From an uncultured Gemmatimonadaceae bacterium (GTDB lineage Bacteria > Gemmatimonadota > Gemmatimonadetes > Gemmatimonadales > Gemmatimonadaceae): a DNA stretch of 64,000 nucleotides. Position 1 is the stretch's first letter; each line of letters begins with the position of its first letter. The stretch covers positions 224,001-288,000 of the forward strand of contig CAWBOC010000005.1 in assembly GCA_963790305.1 (NCBI GenBank), read 5' to 3'. Position numbers and translations under genes: made by a program. Positions 1 to 9,649 of this stretch are shown here, in pieces. A model generated the notes under the pieces. That model was not told where the DNA came from and did not search any database. It saw only the letters and a program-made list of their open reading frames with translations.

Positions 1-234
1 GGATTCATTGGTGCGATCATCTCGCGCCTTCAGCCACGTGGACTCTCACGCGCGTTGTTCGCGATGGCGCTGGCGCAGGCGTTGGTTGGCACGATCGCCC
101 TCAAGTTGCCGAACACCGCCAGTTCCGTGCAGATCGTGATCGTGCATGGGGTGTTCGTGGCGCTCTTTGCCGGGGCGGCCTTGCTGTTTCGATATTCCGC
201 GCGAAAGGGATTCGCCCCGCTACGCCCAACTTGA
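1..234 (+). CDS. Hypothetical membrane protein, 5'-truncated
   Basis: Frame 1 is open from the window edge: GFIGAIISRLQPRGLSRALFAMALAQALVG...LFAGAALLFRYSARK, TGA at 232-234; hydrophobic segments. Confidence 0.7.
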   Translation, partial: GFIGAIISRLQPRGLSRALFAMALAQALVGTIALKLPNTASSVQIVIVHGVFVALFAGAALLFRYSARKGFAPLRPT

Positions 235-253
235 CCGCACTCAGGAGACTCAC

Positions 254-640
254 ATGAAAAGAGTCACAGGCATCGGAGGAATCTTCTTCAACGCGAACGA
301 CCCCGTCGCACTGCGTGCGTGGTACAAGCGGCACCTGGGCATTGACGTCCAGGAATGGGGAGGCACCGCGTTCACCTGGAGCGATGCAGCGGGCAATCCA
401 ACGAAGGGAACGACTGTGTGGTCCATCGGCGCCGCCGATGGGAAGCACTTCGCACCAAGCAAGTCGACCTTCATGGTCAACTATCGCGTCGAAGACCTGG
501 TCGCTCTACTTCAGTCGCTTCGGGACGAAGGATGCAACGTCCTCGAGAAGGCGGACGACTCCGAGTACGGAAAGTTCGGCTGGGTAATGGATCCCGAGGG
601 CAACAAGGTCGAGCTGTGGCAGCCACCCCCGGGGCAGTGA
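254..640 (+). CDS. VOC/glyoxalase-bleomycin resistance family protein
   Basis: AGGAG RBS then ATG 254; MKRVTGIGGIFF...YGKFGWVMDPEGNKVELW motifs. Confidence 0.9.
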   Translation: MKRVTGIGGIFFNANDPVALRAWYKRHLGIDVQEWGGTAFTWSDAAGNPTKGTTVWSIGAADGKHFAPSKSTFMVNYRVEDLVALLQSLRDEGCNVLEKADDSEYGKFGWVMDPEGNKVELWQPPPGQ

Positions 641-696
641 GCCTTCATCCCTGAAACATCACTCCACGGTCGTTCAACTATCTACGAGGCAGACCA

Positions 697-1041
697 TTGA
701 GCGAAATCGAGGGTGTCGCGAGGCTCCGGATTCACCCGGGCAAACTCGAGGAGTTCAAGGCGCTCCAAATGCAGTGCCTGGCCATCACCCGCAGCAAGGA
801 TACTGGCACGCTCCAGTATGACGTGTTCTTCAACGAAGACGGCTCGGAGTGCATCGTACACGAACGATACCGGGATTCAGACGCGCTCCTGGAGCATTTC
901 GCCAATCTCGGCGAGACGGCGACCGCCCTCTTTCAGATCTGCTCCGCGGAGGGCGAGGTCCTGGGCACGCCCAGCGCGAAGCTGCGGAAGGCCCTCGAAG
1001 GCGGGCCCGTCCGCATCTTCACGCCATACAAATCCCTCTGA
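697..1041 (+). CDS. Antibiotic biosynthesis monooxygenase (ABM)/putative quinol monooxygenase
   Basis: TTG start after GAGG; HPGKLEEFK...GTLQYD...HERYRDSDALLEH pattern. Confidence 0.8.
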   Translation: MSEIEGVARLRIHPGKLEEFKALQMQCLAITRSKDTGTLQYDVFFNEDGSECIVHERYRDSDALLEHFANLGETATALFQICSAEGEVLGTPSAKLRKALEGGPVRIFTPYKSL

Positions 1042-1068
1042 CTCCGACTGCGTGGTTCTCTGCCTTCA

Positions 1069-2059
1069 TCACGGGAGGAAGAGCGTGGTCCTGCCCGCGA
1101 TCGACCTGTTGCCGGCCTCGTCGATCGCGATGACGGTGATTTCGTTGTCTCCGAACACACCATACGCGCTGGGAGTCATGTTCCTGCCGATGGCAGTGTT
1201 CTCGTGCACACCGTTCACGTAGATCTCGTACACGATCACATTCTGAGGCGTCACGGCGTCCGTGGACGCGGTCCACCAGACTTGCATCTCGAGATCGCCG
1301 TAGCCGAAAGCCTGCACGTTTGCTGGCTGGGTCGGCGGCGTCACGTCGCTCCCGTCGTTCACGCTTGGTCGTGACGGTGAATGGTGGGCTGACCGCTGAC
1401 AGGTTGCCGCCTGACTCGTTGACGAAGCGGTCCTTGGCCTGAGCCGTGAACGTGTAGGTGGTCCCCGGCTGGAGCAGGGTGAACGTTCTCGACGTCTCGG
1501 AGACCCAGTGAACCCGCAGTGTGATCTTGACGCCGTCCTTGTTCACCTGATAGGAAATGAACGGGGCGTCGTCCGTCGACGACCAGGCGAGCCCTATGTG
1601 CCTCGTACCCACGCTCGTTACCGTGAAGGCAGGAACCGTCGGTGGTGTGTGGTCCAGTGGAAGCGACACGGTCACCGTGTTGCTGCTCGCCGACTTGTTC
1701 CCGGCCGCGTCCACGGCGTACACCGAGAACGAATAAGTGGCCCCGTTATGCAGGGGCGGATGCGGATACTTCCACGTGACGCTCGTCTGCGTGCCGGGCA
1801 CGGTGATTTCGCGGCCCCAATTGTCGCGGACCCGATACGAAGCGGTGCCGGTCAACGCGTCCCAGGCTAACGAGACACTCCACGATGTGTTGCCGGTCGA
1901 GCGAAGATTCAACGGCCCCGCAGTCGGAGGCTTCTTAGGCCCAGACCTCGCCAGTGCGGGCGAGTCTGTCGCGAGACTCGATGGTGCAGTGGCATCTCGG
2001 CACGCGGCCGCCACGACTAGAATCCCAGCCGTCGTCACACATCTCGCAAATGGACGCAT
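1069..2059 (-). CDS. Fibronectin type III repeat lipoprotein (apparent frameshift near 1363)
   Basis: Lipobox VAAAC; FN3 motifs (YSFSVYAVDAAGNKS, DHTPPTVP, YTFTAQAKD); a third FN3 unit (DVTPPTQP...AIDEAGNRS) continues in ORF 1069..1362. Confidence 0.8.
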
Positions 2060-2189
2060 AGAAGCCCCTGGTTCCCGAGGAGATGACTAGCCTCACCGCT
2101 ACCCTTGTGCGGCTACGGGCGACGCTAGCGCCGTCCTGAAGTCTCCGACAACGGGTCTGCGGTGACGGCACCTCACCGGCGGTGAACGC

Positions 2190-3350
2190 ATGAAGGGAAG
2201 AGCCGAAAGCGCACGTGCACTGGCGATCGGGGTGCTGGTGTGCCTCGCAGGATGCTCGCGCACGAGTCAGCCCGCCCGCTCTCACTCGGGCACGCCGCAG
2301 GCACTCGAGGCCATCGTCCAGGACTTTGCGGACCAGCATCGACTGCCCGGTCTTGCCGCCGGGGTCTGGCGGCGCGGCGAGGTCATTCTTCGAATGGGCG
2401 TGGGCCATCAGGCTGGACCCGGGTCGCCACCGATCGATGGGGAGACCGTTTTCCACCTTGCGTCTGTCACCAAGCCGTTCGTCGCGACCGCCGTGATGCA
2501 GCTCGTGGCCGCGGACAAGATGTGCCTCGACTGTCCGGTGCAACGGTATCTGCCGTACTTCTCAATGCAGGGGCCGGGCGCTGAGCGGATCACGATCCGT
2601 CAACTGCTGACCCACACCGCTGGCACGGGGGACACGAGCGACTTCGGCTGGACCAAGCCGGAGTACGACGACGGGGCCGTCGAGCGATACGTTCGGAGCT
2701 TGGCGTCCGCGCGCCTCGAGTTCGTGCCCGGATCCCAGTGGCGTTACAGCAACCGTGGCTTTGACGTGCTCGCGGACGCGATCGCCAAGGCCGACGGGCG
2801 GCCGTTCGAAATAGTCATTCAGCAGCGTATCCTGACTCCGCTGGGCATGCGCCGGAGCACGCTGTTGATGAGCGATATCGACTCCGCCCGAATGGCGCGT
2901 GGTCACCGGCGTGATGGGAGCGCGGTCGGCTACTATCCCTATAACCGCCGCCATGGTGGGAGCTCTACGCTACACTCCACCCTCGATGACATGCTCCAAT
3001 GGGCAGCCGCCAACCTGGGGCGTGGTGCCCTCGATCAGCGGCGAATCCTGCCCGCGTCTGCCTACGACGACCTGTGGCGCCCATATCGGGACATCCGAGC
3101 GACCATCGCCGAGCAGGTGCGCAGGGCGGGCTACGTATTCCCGTACGACAGCCTGGCCATCGGGCTCAGTTGGTTCCTTCCGGTCCAGGAGGGCCGCCAA
3201 CTGGTGTATCACAGTGGCAGCGATCCTGGGTTTGCGAGCAATGTGCTACTCTCTCCGTCGGAACAGATCGGGGTGGTGGTGCTGATCAACGCCAACGGTG
3301 CTGACCCGCGAGCCCTCAGCCGATCTCTGCTCGACGCCGCGCGTCGCTAG
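2190..3350 (+). CDS. Serine hydrolase, beta-lactamase/AmpC-like family lipoprotein
   Basis: SVTK, YSN, LLTHTAG and HSG motifs; LAGC lipobox. Confidence 0.9.
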   Translation: MKGRAESARALAIGVLVCLAGCSRTSQPARSHSGTPQALEAIVQDFADQHRLPGLAAGVWRRGEVILRMGVGHQAGPGSPPIDGETVFHLASVTKPFVATAVMQLVAADKMCLDCPVQRYLPYFSMQGPGAERITIRQLLTHTAGTGDTSDFGWTKPEYDDGAVERYVRSLASARLEFVPGSQWRYSNRGFDVLADAIAKADGRPFEIVIQQRILTPLGMRRSTLLMSDIDSARMARGHRRDGSAVGYYPYNRRHGGSSTLHSTLDDMLQWAAANLGRGALDQRRILPASAYDDLWRPYRDIRATIAEQVRRAGYVFPYDSLAIGLSWFLPVQEGRQLVYHSGSDPGFASNVLLSPSEQIGVVVLINANGADPRALSRSLLDAARR

Positions 3351-3384
3351 TAGCCAATCACGGGGCCGAACCAAAGGAGAAGTC

Positions 3385-3807
3385 ATGCGACGTATCGTGG
3401 CGTTATTCTCGACAGGCGTCGTCGCAGCCTGCAGCACCGCTCCAGTTCCTAGCGGTCAATCCCCGCTGACGACAGCCCCGCTCAACCCGTCCGTCGAGTT
3501 TCTCCTCACATCGGCCGCCACTGATTTCCACACCCACCGCCCACCGTTTCCTGTCCGCTTTCGTGATGTGCGCAGTGGCTACGTCATCGCTTCGGATGGG
3601 ACAAGACAGTACAGGTTGTGCGGCGAGTTTTTGCCAGCAGCGGAAAGCGGCAGGACTGAATGGACTCCTTTCGCAACACTCAAGACGTCAGGGTACGAAC
3701 AATGGCTTGGCGCTCAAGCCGAGACCTTCTGCAAGAGATCACCAATGACGTGGGACAAGGAAGATTTGTCGTCCTTGTTGCAAAGGCGCCTTGATTCTCT
3801 GCGATAG
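3385..3807 (+). CDS. Hypothetical lipoprotein
   Basis: AAGGAG RBS; MRRIVALFSTGVVAAC lipobox. Confidence 0.7.
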   Translation: MRRIVALFSTGVVAACSTAPVPSGQSPLTTAPLNPSVEFLLTSAATDFHTHRPPFPVRFRDVRSGYVIASDGTRQYRLCGEFLPAAESGRTEWTPFATLKTSGYEQWLGAQAETFCKRSPMTWDKEDLSSLLQRRLDSLR

Positions 3808-3848
3808 CTAATCGCGACGGTTCAAAGTCCTGATGGCGCCTGTCGCTC

Positions 3849-4871
3849 CTAGAGCGCGCCGCGCAGAATCCGCTCGAGCACTTTCGTATCGAGATTGCCG
3901 CCGGAGAAGATCACGCCGACGCGCATTCCCTTCAGCTGATCACGCAGCTTGATCGCGGCGGCCAGACCGAGCGCGCCCGCTCCCTCGACCATGTTGTGCG
4001 TCAGCGTGAGCACGACGCGAATCGTCTCCGCCATCTCCGCCTCGCTCACGGTCACGAATCCCTCGAGTCCTTCCACCAGCGTCGCGAAGGTGAGCGAGTA
4101 CGGCTGGCGCGTCGCGACGCCTTCGGCAAACGTGTTCGCCCGCTCGGTGCTCAACGGAGTGCGCGCGTGCCACGAGTCATGGATCGCCGGTGCGCCGGCC
4201 GCCTGCGCGCCGTAGACTTTCAGCGCGGGAGCCAGCTCACGCGCCACCGTGAGCGCGCCTACCGACTGCGATCCGCCGCCGACGGCGATCACGATCGCAT
4301 CGAGCCCGCTGGACTGCTCGAGCATCTCCAGGCTCATCGTCGCCGCTCCGGCAATGACGCGCAGATCGTTCGTGGAGTGCGCAACGGCCATGTTCTGCTC
4401 GCGCGCGACGCGCAGCATTACCTCGACGGACTCGTCGTAGTCGCGCCCTTCCTCGATGACGGTGGCGCCCCATCCGCGCATCGCCGCGTTCTTCTCCGGG
4501 TTGTTCCCCACCGGAACGCAGATCGTGGCGCGCACGCCGAGGAGTGACGCACCGTACGCGATCCCCTGGCCGTGATTTCCTGTCAATGCGGCGACGACGC
4601 CTCGGGCACGCTCATCGGCGCTGAGTCCTGTCACGAAGGACAGGCCGTTGCGCACCTTGAAGGAGCACGTCGGCTGATGATTCTCGTGCTTGATCAGGAG
4701 TGACGTGCCGGCGGCCATCCGCGCATCGAGCTGCGGATAGCCGCGCAGCGGCGTCGGCGTCAGGTAGCGCGCGATCCGCTCGCGTGCTCGCTGCACGTCG
4801 TCGAGCGTGATCGGCCATGCCGGCGCCATCGTGCCAAAGGACTTCGGCACGGGCGTCGCTTGCGTGGTCAC
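3849..4871 (-). CDS. PLP-dependent threonine/serine dehydratase (serine racemase-like, fold type II)
   Basis: KHENHQPTCSFKVR, TGNHG, VGGG, SGGN motifs; no ACT domain; start uncertain (GTG 4871 or ATG 4829). Confidence 0.88.
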   Translation of the reverse strand: MTTQATPVPKSFGTMAPAWPITLDDVQRARERIARYLTPTPLRGYPQLDARMAAGTSLLIKHENHQPTCSFKVRNGLSFVTGLSADERARGVVAALTGNHGQGIAYGASLLGVRATICVPVGNNPEKNAAMRGWGATVIEEGRDYDESVEVMLRVAREQNMAVAHSTNDLRVIAGAATMSLEMLEQSSGLDAIVIAVGGGSQSVGALTVARELAPALKVYGAQAAGAPAIHDSWHARTPLSTERANTFAEGVATRQPYSLTFATLVEGLEGFVTVSEAEMAETIRVVLTLTHNMVEGAGALGLAAAIKLRDQLKGMRVGVIFSGGNLDTKVLERILRGAL

Positions 4872-4890
4872 GTCGTCACCGCCGCACCGC

Positions 4891-6450
4891 CTACCGGGGT
4901 GTTCCCCCCGCGGCGCGCACCTCGGGCGCCGGCTCCGGCCGGCGCTTGAAGTTCGTCGGCGCGCCGCCGAGATCCATTTGGAGCTCGTCGACCTTGCCCT
5001 GCGCATTGAGGCGGAAGGTCACGAACGACGTTCCGAGTGATCGCGCGCCCCAGCGTGCGCGGAACGTGTCGAAATGCCAGTGCTCCAGCTCGCCCTGAAA
5101 CGCAGGGCCACGATCAATGCGGAGCTTCGCGCTGTCGCCGCGCACTCGAATCTCCCCGTACATGCTGTCGACGTAGACGCCCGCATACTGCGCAAGCGAC
5201 AGCGACGGCTTCGTGTTGGGCACGCGCTCCGCCTCGCGCTTCTTCTGCGCCTCCCGCGCCCGTGCGAGCAGCGAATCGGTCACCCTGAACATCTCCGCGT
5301 TCCAGTCTTTCGCCTTCGGCGTCTTGAGATGCAAATCCCAGAGCTTCTGCATGATCACGTACGGCAATGCACTCTGGCTGATGTTCGTCAGCACCACGAC
5401 GCCGAGCTTTTCCTCGGGCAGCATCGCGACGAGAGCGCTCATTCCATCGATGTTGCCACCGTGCTGCACGACGAGCCGGCCTTCGTAGTCGCTCAGGAAC
5501 CAGCCGAGTCCGTACGCCAGGAGATGCGCTCCGGGATTGATTCGCTTCCAGGCCCCTTCGAGGCGAACGACGGTGTGCGGGGTGTGCATCTCTTCGATCT
5601 GTCGTTCGCTGATGATCTGCTTGCCGCCGTACTTTCCCTTCCCGAGCTGCAGTCGAACCCACTGCGCCATGTCGACGACGTGCGAGTTGATGGAGCCGGC
5701 CGGCGCAATGTTGTCGATGTTGCGCCAGGGGATGACGCGGACCGTGTCGTCAATGTCGGCGTGCGGCGTCGCGACGTCGCGCATCGACGCGAGCTTCTTG
5801 ATGGTTGTGTTGCTCTCCGTCATGCCAAGCGGCGCGAAGATCCGCCGCTCGATGAAGTCATCCCATGTCGTGTTCGCGACCCGTGCCGTGAGCTGCCCGG
5901 CGGCGAGGTACATCAGGTTCTGATAGCCGAACTGTGCCCGGAAACTCCACGACGGCGCGAGGAAGCGCGTGCGACGCATGATCTCATCGCGGTCGAACTC
6001 GCTCCCGTACCAGAGCATGTCGCCGCGGGCGAGCCCGCTGCGGTGACTGAGGAGGTCGCGGATGGTGAGCTCGCGCGAGGCATACGGATCGAAGACGTGA
6101 AAGCCGGTGAGGTACTTTTCGGCCGGATCGTCCCACGCCACCTTCTTTTCGTCGACGAGGAGCGCAACGCCGGCGGCGGTGAACGCCTTCGATGACGAGC
6201 CGATCGCGAATACCGTCCGATCGGTCACGCGGTCCGGCTTCGTGATGTCCTTGACGCCGTACCCCCGCGCGTAGATGACGGAGTCGTTGCGCACGATCGC
6301 GATCGCGACCCCGGGAACCTTCCACGTTTTCCGGGCGGTCTCGACGTAGGCGTCGAGCCCCGGGTACGGCTCGCGGGCCTGAGCGTTCAGGCTGACCGGT
6401 GCGATCAGGACGATCGTGGCCAGCGCATAGACGAATCGTGTGCAAGTCAT
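4891..6450 (-). CDS. Exported serine hydrolase (beta-lactamase family) with C-terminal DUF3471-like domain
   Basis: Signal peptide; SSSK, YQN, HGG motifs; C-terminal YAGVY..SMYG...LEHWHFDTF. Confidence 0.9.
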   Translation of the reverse strand: MTCTRFVYALATIVLIAPVSLNAQAREPYPGLDAYVETARKTWKVPGVAIAIVRNDSVIYARGYGVKDITKPDRVTDRTVFAIGSSSKAFTAAGVALLVDEKKVAWDDPAEKYLTGFHVFDPYASRELTIRDLLSHRSGLARGDMLWYGSEFDRDEIMRRTRFLAPSWSFRAQFGYQNLMYLAAGQLTARVANTTWDDFIERRIFAPLGMTESNTTIKKLASMRDVATPHADIDDTVRVIPWRNIDNIAPAGSINSHVVDMAQWVRLQLGKGKYGGKQIISERQIEEMHTPHTVVRLEGAWKRINPGAHLLAYGLGWFLSDYEGRLVVQHGGNIDGMSALVAMLPEEKLGVVVLTNISQSALPYVIMQKLWDLHLKTPKAKDWNAEMFRVTDSLLARAREAQKKREAERVPNTKPSLSLAQYAGVYVDSMYGEIRVRGDSAKLRIDRGPAFQGELEHWHFDTFRARWGARSLGTSFVTFRLNAQGKVDELQMDLGGAPTNFKRRPEPAPEVRAAGGTPR

Positions 6451-6490
6451 GGCGATCTCGCGGAGACTAGTGAGCGCTTGCTTTCTGAGG

Positions 6491-6661
6491 ACGGCAACGG
6501 CAACAGCAACGACAACGGCTTCTCAACGCAGAGGACGCAGAGGAACTGCCACGGCAAACGTCAAACGGCAAGGCTGTTAACAAAAGCTCCTGCCGTTGTA
6601 GTTCAAGGCGGCAGACCTCTGCGACCTCTGCGTCCTCTGCGTTGAAAAATGCCGTTGCCGT
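6491..6661. repeat. Inverted-repeat element built from 9-mer CGCAGAGGA units
   Basis: Left TCAACGCAGAGGACGCAGAGG pairs with right CCTCTGCGTCCTCTGCGTTGA; outer ACGGCAACGGCA/TGCCGTTGCCGT; inner AACGGCA/TGCCGTT hairpin. Confidence 0.85.
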
Positions 6662-6700
6662 ATCCGTGCTCCATACGCGTAAATCCGCGGCTGCAGTTCG

Positions 6701-8305
6701 TCAGTTACTGAGCCGGGGCACGACCCAATTCGCGATCTCCCCCATGACATCCGGCCCGATCTTCCCGCTCGGCAGTCGCACGTATCCCGCGGGATTCCCG
6801 ATCGAATCAGGGAGAAAGAGGTGATTCCGATTGGGGAGAACACGGACGGTCACGTCGCGGTTTCCGGCTTGCCGCAGGGCCGCGCCGATCGCTTCCGCCT
6901 GATCGGCCGTCACCTGCTGATCGGTCGCGCCCTGCAGAACCAGCACCGGCACCTTGACCTTCCGGATCGTCGGCAGTGGCTCGTACGCCAGGAAAAACTT
7001 CATCCACGGCGGCGGCGCGGCGGTCGTGTCGGCGGCAATCCTCGAGGCCGCGAATGCAGAGTCGCGTTTGGCCGGTGCGATCGAGGAATCATGCTCGACG
7101 CCATACCGAATCTGATGGTCGAGAACTTCCCGCCCGCGCTTCGACGGTCCGGCCATGAGGACGATCCCCGCCAGCTTCGGATCTGTCGCGCCCACCATGG
7201 GCGCGATCATCGCTCCCTCGCTGTGGCCGAGCAGGGCGATGCGCGCCGGATTGACGTCAGGCCGCGCGCGGAGCCACGCGATCGCGGCGCGCACGTCGTC
7301 GGCAAAGTCGGCTGACGACGCCTTCGCGAAGTCACCGGTGGACTCGCCGGTGCCACGGTCGTCGAGGCGCAGGACGGCAATGCCGCGCCTGCCTAACGTG
7401 TCGGCGATTTGCCGGAACGGGCGGAAGCCCGGGACGATCGGGATGCTTTCGTCGCGGTCCTGCGGTCCGCTGCCCGAGATCGTGATGACGACGGGAAGAC
7501 GACCGCTCGCGCTCCCAGGAATCGTCAGCGTACCTGCCAGCACGTGTCCGGACGGCGTGGGGATGCGAACGTGCTCGGCGCGATAGGGCGCCCCCGCTGG
7601 GGCGGAGTAGTCCGGCTTCCCGAGCGCGAGCCGGCGAACGGCCTCCCCCTCGACCCGCTCGACGACGAGCCGTTGCGCGGGAACGTGCGCGCGAAGGATG
7701 CGCGTGCCGCGCAGGGCGAGGTGGGTCTGTGAGGGACCGATCGTCACGATCACCGAGTCGGGTGACACGCGACGCGCCGTCGCCGACAGCGTCTGGCCGC
7801 CGGCAGCGAGCAGCACTGGGAAGGTGACGCTGTCGCGGTTCGCGCCGCTCATGCGCTCCAGCGCCACTTCGGTCATGCCGAAGGAGCTGTTGAGCATCAG
7901 GAACGCGTCCGCCTTCGAGGGAAGACGCTGGGTCTGCGTGCTGCCGCCGGCCGTGATCTCGGCGATGCCGGTGTCCGCGACGAGCCGCAGCCTGACCGAC
8001 TGAAGGGCGGACGCGTCCGGCCCGCTGCCCGCCGGGTATGCGACGAGATACAGCTCGCCAATGCGGCCCGCCGCCTCACGAGTCGCGAGGTAAGTGAAGC
8101 GAGGCTGCCCCTGCAGCAGGACCTCGCCGGAAATTCCGCCGGTTGACGAGTTGAATCGCTCGATGCCGATCGTGTCGGTGCCCATGCGAAACACGAACGC
8201 CGCCTCGCCGGCAGTCTGCGCGCTGGCGGCCGACGACACGACCGCCAGTGCGCAAAGAACCTTACGCGCTACGCGTAGTACGTGGTCCGCGCGCTTCTCA
8301 AACAT
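6701..8305 (-). CDS. Exported alpha/beta hydrolase (S9/S15-like)
   Basis: GSGPQDRD, DDRGTGES, GHSEG nucleophile, GATDQQV, NH motifs; signal peptide ending ASAQ. Confidence 0.88.
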   Translation of the reverse strand: MFEKRADHVLRVARKVLCALAVVSSAASAQTAGEAAFVFRMGTDTIGIERFNSSTGGISGEVLLQGQPRFTYLATREAAGRIGELYLVAYPAGSGPDASALQSVRLRLVADTGIAEITAGGSTQTQRLPSKADAFLMLNSSFGMTEVALERMSGANRDSVTFPVLLAAGGQTLSATARRVSPDSVIVTIGPSQTHLALRGTRILRAHVPAQRLVVERVEGEAVRRLALGKPDYSAPAGAPYRAEHVRIPTPSGHVLAGTLTIPGSASGRLPVVITISGSGPQDRDESIPIVPGFRPFRQIADTLGRRGIAVLRLDDRGTGESTGDFAKASSADFADDVRAAIAWLRARPDVNPARIALLGHSEGAMIAPMVGATDPKLAGIVLMAGPSKRGREVLDHQIRYGVEHDSSIAPAKRDSAFAASRIAADTTAAPPPWMKFFLAYEPLPTIRKVKVPVLVLQGATDQQVTADQAEAIGAALRQAGNRDVTVRVLPNRNHLFLPDSIGNPAGYVRLPSGKIGPDVMGEIANWVVPRLSN

Positions 8306-9647
8306 CGGGAATGTTGGGATTGTTGTTTCGCTCGACGGCCGGCAACGGGAAGCAGCGCTGGTCGCCGTAGAGTCCACCGCGCGGGAACGTCGCACCCACG
8401 GCGGGGAGCAGCGGCAGGTTGAGGCGCCGCATGTCGCCCAGCCGGTGGCTCTCGAGGAACAGCTCGCGTCGCCGCTCCTCGCGTACCTGCGCGAGCACCT
8501 CGGCTTGCGTCTTTCCCGTACCGTCATACGCCGGGATGCCCGCCGCCGTGTGCAGCGCGTTGATGATGGTGACGGCCCCGGTCAGATCGTTGGCCAGTGC
8601 TTTCGCCTCCGCCTCGATCAGGCGCGCTTCGTTCGTCCGCGCGAACGGAATCGGTGACCCGAGGTTCGCGTACTTCCGCTGTTGGCGGACGATCGTGGCG
8701 TTATCGGCGCCCACGGCGCCCGTGTTAAAGACGGGCACGCGCGGGTCCAGCACACCGGCGAATCGCAGGCTGTCGAACGTCGGGTCGACGGAGGAGAAGT
8801 TTGTCGAGCCAGTGCCTCCGCTGTGCGCAAAGACAATGTTCTGCTGTCGGTTCGTTCCCGTAACGAGCGCGACGGCGTTCACGGCAAAGCCAGCCGGAAT
8901 CTGCGCCGCGAGAGCGCCCGCCTGCGCAACGAGCGTGAGATTCGGATCGTTCGGGTTGGCGGGCGTCCCTGCGTACGCGAGGTTCAGCACCGTGCGCGCC
9001 AGTCCCAGCCGCGCGAGTCTGAGCGTGATGCTGTCGTTGGCGGTTGTGGCGGCGGTGATCGCCGTGTTGAATCGCGTCTGCGCTTCACCGAAGAGCTGCT
9101 CCGGCGTCAGCTCCGGTCCCACGTTGATCGCCGCGCTGCACATCCCTTCGCCTAACAGAACCAGGCTGTAGCCCGCGTACGCCGCGGCCTGTCCGATGAG
9201 CTGCGTGCGGTTCACACCGGGCACCATCTCCGCATCCGTCCACTCCTGGAGTCGCGCGAGGACCGTGTCGGCTGACGCGCGAGCGACCGAGAGCGACGTG
9301 TACACGCCCGGGAGCTGCGCGCCACCACAGCCGTCCGCGTACGGGCCGGTGAGCGGGTGGCTGCGTCGGTCGTAGTTGTCCTGCGCTGCGTTCGCGAAGG
9401 CATTGACGAGCTCATCGCCGAGCAACCCTGCGGCAGTCGTATACCGGAAGAGCGCGCACTCGAAATCTCCGATCGCGCCATTGACGAGCAGCGTCGCGTT
9501 TCGCGGAACGTACGCGTCGTTGGCGAGGATCTGCGACGGGTTGTCCTGCTCGAGATTGGTGAGATCATCGCAGGCGAATAGGGCGACGGCTAGCGGCAAC
9601 ACCACCAGCGCGTACGACGCCTCTCTCCCTCGAAAAAGGGTGCGCAT
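8298..9647 (-). CDS. susD: RagB/SusD family nutrient-binding outer membrane lipoprotein
   Basis: LFAC lipobox; EARLIEAEA, ERRRELFLESHRLGDMRR, FPLPAVE..NNPN C-terminus; directly downstream of susC. Confidence 0.92.
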   Translation of the reverse strand: MRTLFRGREASYALVVLPLAVALFACDDLTNLEQDNPSQILANDAYVPRNATLLVNGAIGDFECALFRYTTAAGLLGDELVNAFANAAQDNYDRRSHPLTGPYADGCGGAQLPGVYTSLSVARASADTVLARLQEWTDAEMVPGVNRTQLIGQAAAYAGYSLVLLGEGMCSAAINVGPELTPEQLFGEAQTRFNTAITAATTANDSITLRLARLGLARTVLNLAYAGTPANPNDPNLTLVAQAGALAAQIPAGFAVNAVALVTGTNRQQNIVFAHSGGTGSTNFSSVDPTFDSLRFAGVLDPRVPVFNTGAVGADNATIVRQQRKYANLGSPIPFARTNEARLIEAEAKALANDLTGAVTIINALHTAAGIPAYDGTGKTQAEVLAQVREERRRELFLESHRLGDMRRLNLPLLPAVGATFPRGGLYGDQRCFPLPAVERNNNPNIPDV

Positions 9648-9649
9648 GA

